A stretch of DNA of 64,000 nucleotides. Source: Planctomycetota bacterium (GTDB taxonomy: Bacteria > Planctomycetota > MHYJ01 > WSZJ01). The position numbers and the translations under genes were made by a program. Below, piece by piece: positions 46,138 to 54,161 of this stretch. The notes beneath the pieces are model-generated. The model made no database searches. It was not told where the DNA came from and saw nothing but the letters and a program-made list of their open reading frames with translations. Within the stretch, counting starts at the first letter, position 1. The number at the start of each line of letters is the position of its first letter. Location of the stretch: assembly GCA_038060895.1 (NCBI GenBank), contig JBBTCT010000007.1, positions 210,889 to 274,888 on the forward strand. Direction: 5' to 3'.

Positions 46138-46425
46138 TTATCCCCTCGTATCCAGGCGGGAGCCGAGCTGCTTCTCGATCATCCTTGCGATCCCGAGTCC
46201 GCCGCCCTCCGCCATACGCTCCGCCAGCAGGTCGTCCTGCATGCCGCGGAACACCCTCTCGCCGCTTCCGCCGTGAAAGCGCGCCCCCTCGTGCACGCTC
46301 TTCCGCATCGTTCGCAGCATCAGCCCGTGAAAGAATCCTTCGAACGCGACGGCGGCCCTGTGAAGCGCCGGGGCGGTCGCGTTCTTCGTGGTCACGCCGC
46401 TGGTGGACGACAGTTCCACGTTCAC
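46138..46425 (-). CDS. flgJ: Rod-binding protein FlgJ (short, no muramidase domain)
   Basis: LHRAAVAFEGFFHGLMLRTMRKSV...GGSGERVF...GGGLGIARMI; GTG overlaps the flgI stop. Confidence 0.85.
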   Translation of the reverse strand: MNVELSSTSGVTTKNATAPALHRAAVAFEGFFHGLMLRTMRKSVHEGARFHGGSGERVFRGMQDDLLAERMAEGGGLGIARMIEKQLGSRLDTRG

Positions 46426-47504
46426 CTCACGATGAGCTTGGCTTTGAGCGCGCCGGCGCCGTGCAGCAGCTTGATCAGGTCGATCACGTCGCCCGCGGTC
46501 TCCTGCGTCGGAGAGAGCGTGTCGAGAACTTCGTTGAGAAGCACCGGGCCATCCGGCTGCGCCGGGCGGCCCGTCCTCGGGTCCGCCCTGCCCGGCACCT
46601 CGACCACGATCCGGCCTTTCTGCACGCGGCACGGAAGGACGCGCACCTTGCCGGTGATCGCGTACGTTTTTTCGCGCTCGTTGATCACGACGGTCGCCTC
46701 CGGCTCTTCCTGCGACCCGATTTCGACCGTCATGCCGAGGACTTCCCCGACGAACTGCACGGCGTCACCGCGTCCTTCGGCCCCGCGCTTCTGCGTCGCC
46801 ACCTTCACGCGGATGTGACCGGCGTCCATCGACTGGGCGAGGTCGCCGTCGGTGTTGTAAAGCGCGGGAAAGCGCTTGTTGATGGCATCGGCGACGCGGG
46901 AAGCGACGTTGAAGTCGGGCTGGTTGAGCTTGAACACGACCCAGCCCGAGTCGAGCGCCTTGAGAAAGATGTCCTGGGGAGCGAGGCGCTGGACGATGGC
47001 GCCGCCGGGGATCGTGCCGACGGTCGCCGTGGCGACGTCCGCGCCCAGGACGAGCGCTCCGCGCGCGATCGCGTAGACGGTCGGGTCCTTGGAGTGAGGC
47101 TTCGGGCCGTAGAGAAAGGTCTGTGTCAGCGCGCCGCCCTTGAGGTTCTTGCAGTCGTTGAGCGCGCTGATGAGGACGTCGATTTCGGTGCCGACCGCCT
47201 GGAAGGCTTCAAGGCGGGCGGCGACGGCAACGACGGCCACGTTGCGCGCGTTGATCTCGCGGTCGCTGACGACGACTCCGTCGCGGTTTTCCATGAATGA
47301 ACGGAGGCGGGTTCTCACCGAGTCGGGCGTGTCACCCGTGCCGGCCAGGCCGGTCACGAGCCCGATCCCCTCGATTTCGTTCACGTCCGCGCCGCTCACG
47401 CCCGCAAGATCCTTCACCCGGACGCGGTCCTGCGCGCCCAATGGCAACGTGCCCAGGGCAATGGCGGCGAAGGCGATCGTCGCCCCACCCAGCACCCGGC
47501 TCAT
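46422..47504 (-). CDS. flgI: Flagellar P-ring protein FlgI
   Basis: RVKDL...GIGLVTGLAGTGD, RNVAVVAV, LKGG.L and GALKAKL. Confidence 0.92.
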   Translation of the reverse strand: MSRVLGGATIAFAAIALGTLPLGAQDRVRVKDLAGVSGADVNEIEGIGLVTGLAGTGDTPDSVRTRLRSFMENRDGVVVSDREINARNVAVVAVAARLEAFQAVGTEIDVLISALNDCKNLKGGALTQTFLYGPKPHSKDPTVYAIARGALVLGADVATATVGTIPGGAIVQRLAPQDIFLKALDSGWVVFKLNQPDFNVASRVADAINKRFPALYNTDGDLAQSMDAGHIRVKVATQKRGAEGRGDAVQFVGEVLGMTVEIGSQEEPEATVVINEREKTYAITGKVRVLPCRVQKGRIVVEVPGRADPRTGRPAQPDGPVLLNEVLDTLSPTQETAGDVIDLIKLLHGAGALKAKLIVR

Positions 47505-47530
47505 CTCACGACCTCGAATCCGCATTTTTT

Positions 47531-47580
47531 AGCCTCCGCAAGCCTCGGCCAGCCTTCGCCAGCCTCCGCCAGCCTCGTCG
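47531..47580. repeat. Decamer tandem repeat (AGCCTCCGCC-like, about 5 copies)
   Basis: AGCCTCCGCA AGCCTCGGCC AGCCTTCGCC AGCCTCCGCC AGCCTCGTCG between flgH and flgI. Confidence 0.75.
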
Positions 47581-47581
47581 T

Positions 47582-48199
47582 TCAGAACGGCCACAACACC
47601 TCAATCAGCCACGAAAACAACCCGCGCTTCCGCGCGTCGTTGACTTCCCCGTCGCCCGTGCGCCGGATCTTCACGTCGGCCACCTTGTCGGTCCCGATCG
47701 TGCGGTTCACGCTGATGTCCAGCGGCGTGATTTCGCCGGTCACCGTCATCGTCACGGTCTCGTCGTTGATCTGCACTTCCTTGCGCGCCGCGATGACCAG
47801 GTTCCCGTTGTCGAGCACTTCGATGACCTTCGCCGCAACCGTGAACACGATCTTGTTCGACCCGTTCGTCGCGCCCTTGTTGTCGCGCTCGTAGTCGGCG
47901 CGGCCGTCGATCTTCAGGTCCTCGCCCACGCTCGCCTTCAGATCCGGCAGCCCGGAGCCCTTTCCCGTCATGTGCACGAAGTCGGTCAGCGCAGCAACCA
48001 GCTGCGTCTCCTTGTCGATCTTCGTGTCGGCCTTCGCCGTCGCGAGCGAGCTCTCGTTCACCGTGATCTTCACGATGTCGTTCACCTTCCACGTCGGCTT
48101 CTCAGGCGCGTACGGACTCGCCGTCTCGTCCCCCAGCAGGCCGTCCGCCGCCACCGGCACCGCGATCGCCAGCGTCGCCAGCATCGATTTCCAGTTCAT
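47582..48199 (-). CDS. flgH: Flagellar L-ring protein FlgH
   Basis: VNDIVKITVNES, AAKVIEVLDNGNLVI, G.I.PLDIS..TI...VAD and terminal WPF. Confidence 0.9.
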   Translation of the reverse strand: MNWKSMLATLAIAVPVAADGLLGDETASPYAPEKPTWKVNDIVKITVNESSLATAKADTKIDKETQLVAALTDFVHMTGKGSGLPDLKASVGEDLKIDGRADYERDNKGATNGSNKIVFTVAAKVIEVLDNGNLVIAARKEVQINDETVTMTVTGEITPLDISVNRTIGTDKVADVKIRRTGDGEVNDARKRGLFSWLIEVLWPF

Positions 48200-49134
48200 T
48201 TCCCCTCCTCCACAGCGTCCCCGGCTCCCGGCCCGGTGACGCGGATGCGGAACTCCTTCTTCGAATCCGGATTCTTCGCGCGGATCACGTCCCCCGCACG
48301 CCCGTCCTCCATCGCCACCGCCGTCCGCCGCGCCGCCGCCCGACCACCCCCGCTCGTCACGACAACCTCGTCGCCACGCAGCACCAGCGGGCCGGCCCGA
48401 AGCGCTTCCGCCACGATCGCCCCGTTCTCCGCAACGTCCGAGGCCATCACGCGGCCGATCACGTCCATCTCTTCCGCAAACGAGCCCGTTTCCCCCGCAG
48501 GCACGTCCGCGATCGCCACGTCCGTCGAAACCACGCGGTGCCCCGCGCGAAGGGCCCGCCGCGCCACCACGCCGCGCCGCGTCCCGCGCACCGACGCGCG
48601 CGCCACCCACACAGCGCTGTCCGCTTCGCCGATGTTCACGAAGATCCTGAAGCGCGCCTCGCCGAGCCACCAGGCGTCGGCCGGTTTCACCGCCACGATT
48701 TCGACATGCGCAAAGTTCACGCCCTCGGGAGCGTCGAGTTCGAGCACCTGCGCGGTGACCACGGCGCCCGGAAGCGCCTTCCGGGCCGCTTCCGCGATCG
48801 CCCGGCCCGTGATTTCGCGGAATCCGTCGAGGCCGGGACGCGGATCGGCGTCCGCACCGCGGACGAGGCACGCGCCGAAGACCGAGACCGCGCGCAGGGA
48901 AATTCCCGCCTTGCGCAGTTCAAGCCGCACGTCTTCCGCCGTCACCGCGCGCGTCTCGCCCTTCGCGGGCGCCCGGCCGAACCAGACCTGGGGAAGCGAT
49001 TCCCCGCGCACGTCCGCCACGTCGGCGAGCGCGACGTACCCCGAGGCCACGCACGTCTCCGGCTTCAGCGCGACGGTCGTCGCCGCGGCTGCGGGAGAGG
49101 CGAGGGCAAGCAGGATGGGGAGGAAGCGCTTCAT
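48196..49134 (-). CDS. flgA: P-ring assembly chaperone FlgA
   Basis: Signal peptide, SAF-like segment, LVLRGDEV...AMEDGRAGDVIRAKNPDSKK. Confidence 0.88.
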   Translation of the reverse strand: MKRFLPILLALASPAAAATTVALKPETCVASGYVALADVADVRGESLPQVWFGRAPAKGETRAVTAEDVRLELRKAGISLRAVSVFGACLVRGADADPRPGLDGFREITGRAIAEAARKALPGAVVTAQVLELDAPEGVNFAHVEIVAVKPADAWWLGEARFRIFVNIGEADSAVWVARASVRGTRRGVVARRALRAGHRVVSTDVAIADVPAGETGSFAEEMDVIGRVMASDVAENGAIVAEALRAGPLVLRGDEVVVTSGGGRAAARRTAVAMEDGRAGDVIRAKNPDSKKEFRIRVTGPGAGDAVEEGK

Positions 49135-49932
49135 TTATCTCCGGAGGTTCGCGAGCCGCTGCAGCATTTCGTCGGCCGTCTGGATCGTGCTCGAGTTGAG
49201 TTCGAACGCGCGCTGCGTCTTGATCATGTCGGTCAGTTCGCGGACGCTTTCGACGTTCGAAGCCTCGAGGAAACCCTGCTGGATGATGGCGCGCCCGTTT
49301 TCGCCGGGGTTGCCGACCTCGGGGGAGCCGGACCCGGGGGTTTCGAGGAAGAGGTTTTCGCCGATGGCCAGGAGTCCTTCGGGATTGGGGAAGCGGGCGA
49401 TTTCGATCTGCCCGATATCGACGGGAGTGGTCGGGTTGGCGGGGTCGAATCCCTGGACGAGGCCGCTCTGGGAAATCGTGATTCGTGTGACTTCGGCGGG
49501 CACGCGCAGCGCGGGCTCGAAGAACAGCCCCTGGTTGTTGACGAGGTTGCCGTCGCGGTCGCGATGGATGGTTCCGTCGCGGGTGTATCCGATGGTGGTG
49601 CCGTCGATCTGCCGGACCTGGAAGAAGCCGTCGCCGTCGAGGGCGACGTCGAGTTCGCGGTCGGTCGCCGTCATCGGGCCCTGCGTGAACATCCGGTCGG
49701 TGCCGACGAGCTTGACGCCGTGCCCCATCTGGATCCCGGAGGGCAGCTGGCTGCCCGAAGCCGAGCCGGTCCCGACGCGGCGCACGTGCTGGTAGAAGAG
49801 ATCGTGGAAGTTCGCGCGCATCCGCTTGAAGCCGGTGGTGTTGACATTCGCGAGGTTGTTCGCGACGACGTCGATCTCGGCCTGCATGGCGGTCATGCCG
49901 GTAGAAGCGGTGCTGAGGGCGCGGATGGACAT
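49135..49932 (-). CDS. flgG: Distal rod protein FlgG
   Basis: MSIRALSTASTGM, ANNLANVNTTGFK, DGDGFFQV, YTRDG and QGFLEASNV; AAGGAG RBS. Confidence 0.96.
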   Translation of the reverse strand: MSIRALSTASTGMTAMQAEIDVVANNLANVNTTGFKRMRANFHDLFYQHVRRVGTGSASGSQLPSGIQMGHGVKLVGTDRMFTQGPMTATDRELDVALDGDGFFQVRQIDGTTIGYTRDGTIHRDRDGNLVNNQGLFFEPALRVPAEVTRITISQSGLVQGFDPANPTTPVDIGQIEIARFPNPEGLLAIGENLFLETPGSGSPEVGNPGENGRAIIQQGFLEASNVESVRELTDMIKTQRAFELNSSTIQTADEMLQRLANLRR

Positions 49933-49969
49933 CGGTTCTCCCTTAGTAGCGTTCAATCCTGGAAGGTCG

Positions 49970-50088
49970 TATCCGCGGCCGTTTCCGCGACATCGGGCCC
50001 TTATCCGCGTATTCCTTTTTTCGTTTTTCGAAAAACAACAAAGGAATACGCGGATAACAGCCCGATGCCGCGGAAACAGCCGCGGATA
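49970..50088. repeat. Long inverted repeat between flgF and flgG
   Basis: About 49-bp arms TATCCGCGGCCGTTTCCGCG...TATTCCTTT and AAAGGAATA...CCGCGGATA with about 4 mismatches; central GTTTTTCGAAAAAC palindrome. Confidence 0.88.
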
Positions 50089-50093
50089 AGGCC

Positions 50094-50834
50094 CTACGCC
50101 TGCAATCTCCCGACGTCATTCGCGGCCCTTCCCATCATTTCGTCCTGCATCCTCAACGCCTCGGCGTTCATCTCGTAAGCCCTCATCGCCGCGATCATCG
50201 CGGTCATCTCGCGCACCGGTTCGACGCTCGCCTGCTCCAGCGCCCCCGGCACGACCTCGACCGCCGTCGCCGCGCGCGGCCCCGCGCCGCCGGCGTCGCG
50301 GAACAGGGCGTCGCCGATCTTTTCCAGGCGCGACTCGTCGTCGAAGGCCACCACGGCAATCGAGGCGATCACGCCGTCGGGCGTGACGAATTCCCCGCGG
50401 CCGTTCACTTCGACGCGCGACAGGCCCGCCAGCGAAATCGGTCCGCCTCCGGTGGAGAGGACTTCGCCGCGGCCGTCCGAAGTGCCGAGCCGGCCGTCCG
50501 CATTGACCCGGAAGTCGCCGGCCCTCGTGTAAACCGTCCGCCCGTCCCGCCTCACCGCGAACCACCCCTCGCCCTGGAGCGCGAGATCGAGGGGTCTCCC
50601 GGTGACTTCGGCGGGCCCGGCTTCCCGGTCCCACGCCGTGCGATCAAGCGCCAGACCCGGAACGCTTCGTCCCGGCACGTCCGCAGCTCCCGAGCGCAGG
50701 AGCCGCTGACGGAACGAGACGAAGTCCTTGCGGAAGCCGGCCGTGCGGACGTTCGCGAGGTTGTTCGCGATGACGTCGGCGCGGGCGTCCTCGGCAAGCA
50801 TGCCTGCGGCGGGGATGAACAGGCTGTTGCTCAT
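50094..50834 (-). CDS. flgF: Proximal rod protein FlgF
   Basis: ANNLANVRTAGFRK, TGRPLDLALQGEGWF, YTRAGDF and LEQASV; directly upstream of flgG. Confidence 0.88.
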   Translation of the reverse strand: MSNSLFIPAAGMLAEDARADVIANNLANVRTAGFRKDFVSFRQRLLRSGAADVPGRSVPGLALDRTAWDREAGPAEVTGRPLDLALQGEGWFAVRRDGRTVYTRAGDFRVNADGRLGTSDGRGEVLSTGGGPISLAGLSRVEVNGRGEFVTPDGVIASIAVVAFDDESRLEKIGDALFRDAGGAGPRAATAVEVVPGALEQASVEPVREMTAMIAAMRAYEMNAEALRMQDEMMGRAANDVGRLQA

Positions 50835-50899
50835 GTCATTTCCTTAACTGGTGCTTCGACTTGCGATGCTCGCCCAGGACGACCCGGGCTACTCCCGGG

Positions 50900-51091
50900 T
50901 CAGAAGAGCCAGGCGGTTGCGGCGTGGAGGGCATGTTTCATGCGCTGGAGGAGGGTTCTGTGCTCGAGGGTTTCGTGCGTATCCGCCACGGCTTCCCCGT
51001 ACCCCGCGTCGTCAGCGATCTCGACGGCGCGCTCGATTTCGTCGAGGACCGCGTCGAGGTCGTAGGAGAGGTCGAGGGTTTCGGTGCGCAT
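50900..51091 (-). CDS. Small acidic hypothetical protein
   Basis: 63-aa ORF with coding-like composition, co-oriented with and upstream of flgF. Confidence 0.5.
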   Translation of the reverse strand: MRTETLDLSYDLDAVLDEIERAVEIADDAGYGEAVADTHETLEHRTLLQRMKHALHAATAWLF

Positions 51092-51145
51092 AGAGAAGCG
51101 GGATCCGGGATCGCAAGGCGTGTGCCGTCACCCAGCGCTATTCAC

Positions 51146-51170
51146 TAAGTCATTGATTCATATACACTTA
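51146..51170. promoter_or_regulatory. IHF-consensus-like site within a TAAGT-N15-ACTTA palindrome
   Basis: Minus strand AATCAATGACTTA matches WATCAANNNNTTR; AT-rich patch upstream of the flagellar operon. Confidence 0.45.
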
Positions 51171-51398
51171 CGGACATTCGAAATAAAAACATCGGTTTTG
51201 CCGGCGCGCGATTCCGGCGAGATTCGCCGGCAGTTTCCGCCGCGGCGACGGATTCCGCGCGTCGTCCCTTAACCTAAACCTGCTCGTTTTGCTTCGAAGG
51301 ACAACGACAGGTAAAGGTGAAGGGAGAGGTAAAGGTTAAGGGGACCCGCCAGGCCGGGCTCTGGCGAACCTCCACTCCCCCGCTTAAACTCTCGCCCC

Positions 51399-52715
51399 GT
51401 GGAGGAAAAGCAGCCCGGCGTCGTCGCGCGATGGCTCGTCAAAAGCGAAAAGCTCTTCCGGACCGACATGGTCTACGTCTTCCGGAGCAGCTTCTGGATG
51501 GGCATCTCGCAGGCCGTTGCCTCCGCGTCCACCTTTCTCCTCGCCATCGCCCTCACCTTCGTGCTCCCGATCGAGTCGTACGGCAGCTACAAAATGATCT
51601 TCACGGTGATGGGGGTCCTGCAGGCCTTCTCCCTGACCCAGATCTCCGTCGCCGTCACACGCGCCGCGGCCCGTGGTGAGGATCGCGCCCTCCTGACCGG
51701 CTTTCGCTCCAACCTCATCTGGGGCCTCCCCAAGCTGATCCTCGCCGCGCCAGTCTGCGCCTGGTGCACGACGCATGGACACCGGGACATCGCCTGGGGA
51801 ATCGCGTTCGCCGTCCCAGGAGCTCTCCTCGTCCAGGGCATCGAACTTTACGGTCCCTTCCTCGTCGGGAAAAAAGAGTTCAAGCTGGGAAGCCGCCTCG
51901 CGGTCATTCAAACCCTCGTCGCATCCGCGTTGATCGCTGCTTCCCTGTTCTTCACCCGCAACGTCGTGGTCATCGTCGCCGTTTACTTCGGCGCCAATGT
52001 CCTGACCCACATCCCGATCTATGCCTGGGTCGTCCGCGCCTTCCGCGTGCGGGAAAGCACCTCCGACGGCGCGGCCGCCGTGAACTACGGCTGGCACCTC
52101 TCCCTCATGCGCGTCCTCGGGACCATCACGTTCCAGCTGGACAATTTCCTCGTCGGGACCCTCCTGGGCAACTCTTCCCTCGCGGTCTACTCCGTCGCCA
52201 AAGCTCCGCCGCAGCAGCTCAGGATCCTGGGAAAGAATTTGAGCGCCATTTCACTGCCCAAGCTGGCCGAAAGAACTCCGGAAGACCTGAAGCGCCTCGT
52301 GCCACGCAAAGCGCTCGTGGTTCTCGTGTTTTCCATCGGCCTCATCGCGGCGTACGTGCTGGGGGCGCCGTACCTCTACAAGTGGTTCTTCCCCAAGTAC
52401 CTGGATTCCGTCACGTATTCGCGCTGGTACTCGCTGCTGATCCTCAGCTTCCCCCTGGTCCTGTTCCAGAACAGCCTCATCGCCCACCGGGAGACCCGGG
52501 CCCAGTACGTCATCGAGACCGCCATCCCCATCTTCAAGACCATTCTCTACATTTTCCTGATCCCGAGATTCCGGCTCGCGGGCGTCGTCGGCTGCCTGCT
52601 CGTGACGGAAGTCCTTCACATCGTGCTCGTGCTGATCTTCTTTGCCCGCATGAAGCCCTCGCCGAAACCCGAGGTTCTCCCGGAAGTCCTCCCCGCGACG
52701 GAGAGTTCCCTATGA
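51399..52715 (+). CDS. Oligosaccharide flippase (Wzx-like)
   Basis: About 12 hydrophobic segments; ESYGSY, QLDNFLVG.LLG..SLAVYSVA and LPKLA. Confidence 0.85.
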   Translation: MEEKQPGVVARWLVKSEKLFRTDMVYVFRSSFWMGISQAVASASTFLLAIALTFVLPIESYGSYKMIFTVMGVLQAFSLTQISVAVTRAAARGEDRALLTGFRSNLIWGLPKLILAAPVCAWCTTHGHRDIAWGIAFAVPGALLVQGIELYGPFLVGKKEFKLGSRLAVIQTLVASALIAASLFFTRNVVVIVAVYFGANVLTHIPIYAWVVRAFRVRESTSDGAAAVNYGWHLSLMRVLGTITFQLDNFLVGTLLGNSSLAVYSVAKAPPQQLRILGKNLSAISLPKLAERTPEDLKRLVPRKALVVLVFSIGLIAAYVLGAPYLYKWFFPKYLDSVTYSRWYSLLILSFPLVLFQNSLIAHRETRAQYVIETAIPIFKTILYIFLIPRFRLAGVVGCLLVTEVLHIVLVLIFFARMKPSPKPEVLPEVLPATESSL

Positions 52716-54133
52716 GGATCTTCGTGGACCTCGGAGCTTATCGCGGCGACACGCTCGAACTCGCGATGCTCACCTGCCCGCCGTTCGACCGGTATTACGC
52801 GTTCGAGCCGTGCGAAGCGAGCTTCCGGGCGATGGAGAAGGCGTTCAAGGGCCGCAAGGAAGTCGAGTGCATCCATGCGGCGGCGGGCCCGTCGGAAGGG
52901 ACGACAAAGCTCTTCCACCATCAGGACTCCGTGGGGTGGTTCCGGCGACTGTTTGCGAACGAGAACGCCGAGGAAGGGCACTCGACGATGGCCGCGAAAT
53001 CGAACGTCGACACGCGGTCGTTCGAGACGGTTCCGGTCGTGGACATGGCGAAGTTCCTTCGGGAACACGCAAGGCCCGAAGACGAGGTCGTCCTGAAGGT
53101 CGATATTGAAGGAGGCGAGTACGACCTCCTCGAAAAGCTGCTCGCCGACGGGGCCATCGATCTCGTGGACAAACTCTATTGCGAGTGGCACCGCCACAAG
53201 ATGCCGGTCGCCGAGGGGCGGCATGAGGCCCTTCTCGATCGACTCGCGAAGTCCGGCCACTTGCTCACCGGCGACAACGCAAGAGACGAATTCCACCAGG
53301 TCGCGCGGCGCGACATGCTGCTCACGGTCGTCGTGGCCACGTTCAACCGGTCGGCGGTGCTGAAGCAGCTTCTGGATCACCTCGCGAGGCAGACCGACAG
53401 GAACTTCGAAGTGGTCGTCGCGATCGACGGCTCCACCGACGACACCGAAGCGATGCTTGCGGACTACAGGAAGGGCTCTCCTTTCGAACTGCGGTGGCTC
53501 AACACCGGCAAGACGAACGAATACGGCCTCGCGGAAGCGCGCAACCTCGGCATCAAGGACGCCCGCGGCCGCGCTGTCGTCATCCTGGACGACGACAGCT
53601 TTCCCGAGCCGGAATTCGTCGCGGAGCACAAGAAGTCGGTGACGCCGAAGACGCTCACCGGCGGCATGCGCAAGGCCATCGAGGCCGACGACAAGCTGCG
53701 CTTCAAGATGCAGGAATACCTCGAGGTCTACGGCGACTGCAGGCCGCAGCGCTTCCGCCCGTTCAAGAAATACGTCGCCAACAAGTACGTCGTCGAGAAC
53801 AACACGTGCATGTTGAAGGAGGACTGGCTTGCCTCGGGGCTCTTCGACGAGTCGATCAGGAAGTACGGCGGCATCGGACAGGAATTCAACCGGCGGCTGA
53901 TCGGCCTGGACTACCGCTACCAGTTCAATCCGCGTGCGGGCATCGTCCACCACACGGAATTCAGCCAGAACCAGCAGTACGACAGGATCACGGGCGACGA
54001 GATATGGAAGTCGCCGGTCGGCGCGGTGAACGTGAGCTCGGCGCGGGGATTCCTGAAGAAGTACCTGCCGCCGGTTTACTGGGTCCTGAAGTGGATCAAG
54101 AACTCTGTGGAGTACCGATCCTGGCGAAGGTGA
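52712..54133 (+). CDS. FkbM-family methyltransferase fused to GT2 glycosyltransferase
   Basis: IFVDLGAYRGD, YAFEP and LKVDIEGGEY (FkbM), then TVVVATFNR, DGSTDDT, ARNLG and ILDDD (GT2). Confidence 0.9.
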   Translation: MRIFVDLGAYRGDTLELAMLTCPPFDRYYAFEPCEASFRAMEKAFKGRKEVECIHAAAGPSEGTTKLFHHQDSVGWFRRLFANENAEEGHSTMAAKSNVDTRSFETVPVVDMAKFLREHARPEDEVVLKVDIEGGEYDLLEKLLADGAIDLVDKLYCEWHRHKMPVAEGRHEALLDRLAKSGHLLTGDNARDEFHQVARRDMLLTVVVATFNRSAVLKQLLDHLARQTDRNFEVVVAIDGSTDDTEAMLADYRKGSPFELRWLNTGKTNEYGLAEARNLGIKDARGRAVVILDDDSFPEPEFVAEHKKSVTPKTLTGGMRKAIEADDKLRFKMQEYLEVYGDCRPQRFRPFKKYVANKYVVENNTCMLKEDWLASGLFDESIRKYGGIGQEFNRRLIGLDYRYQFNPRAGIVHHTEFSQNQQYDRITGDEIWKSPVGAVNVSSARGFLKKYLPPVYWVLKWIKNSVEYRSWRR

Positions 54134-54161
54134 TTGCTCCGCCGGCCCGCAATCGACCGGG

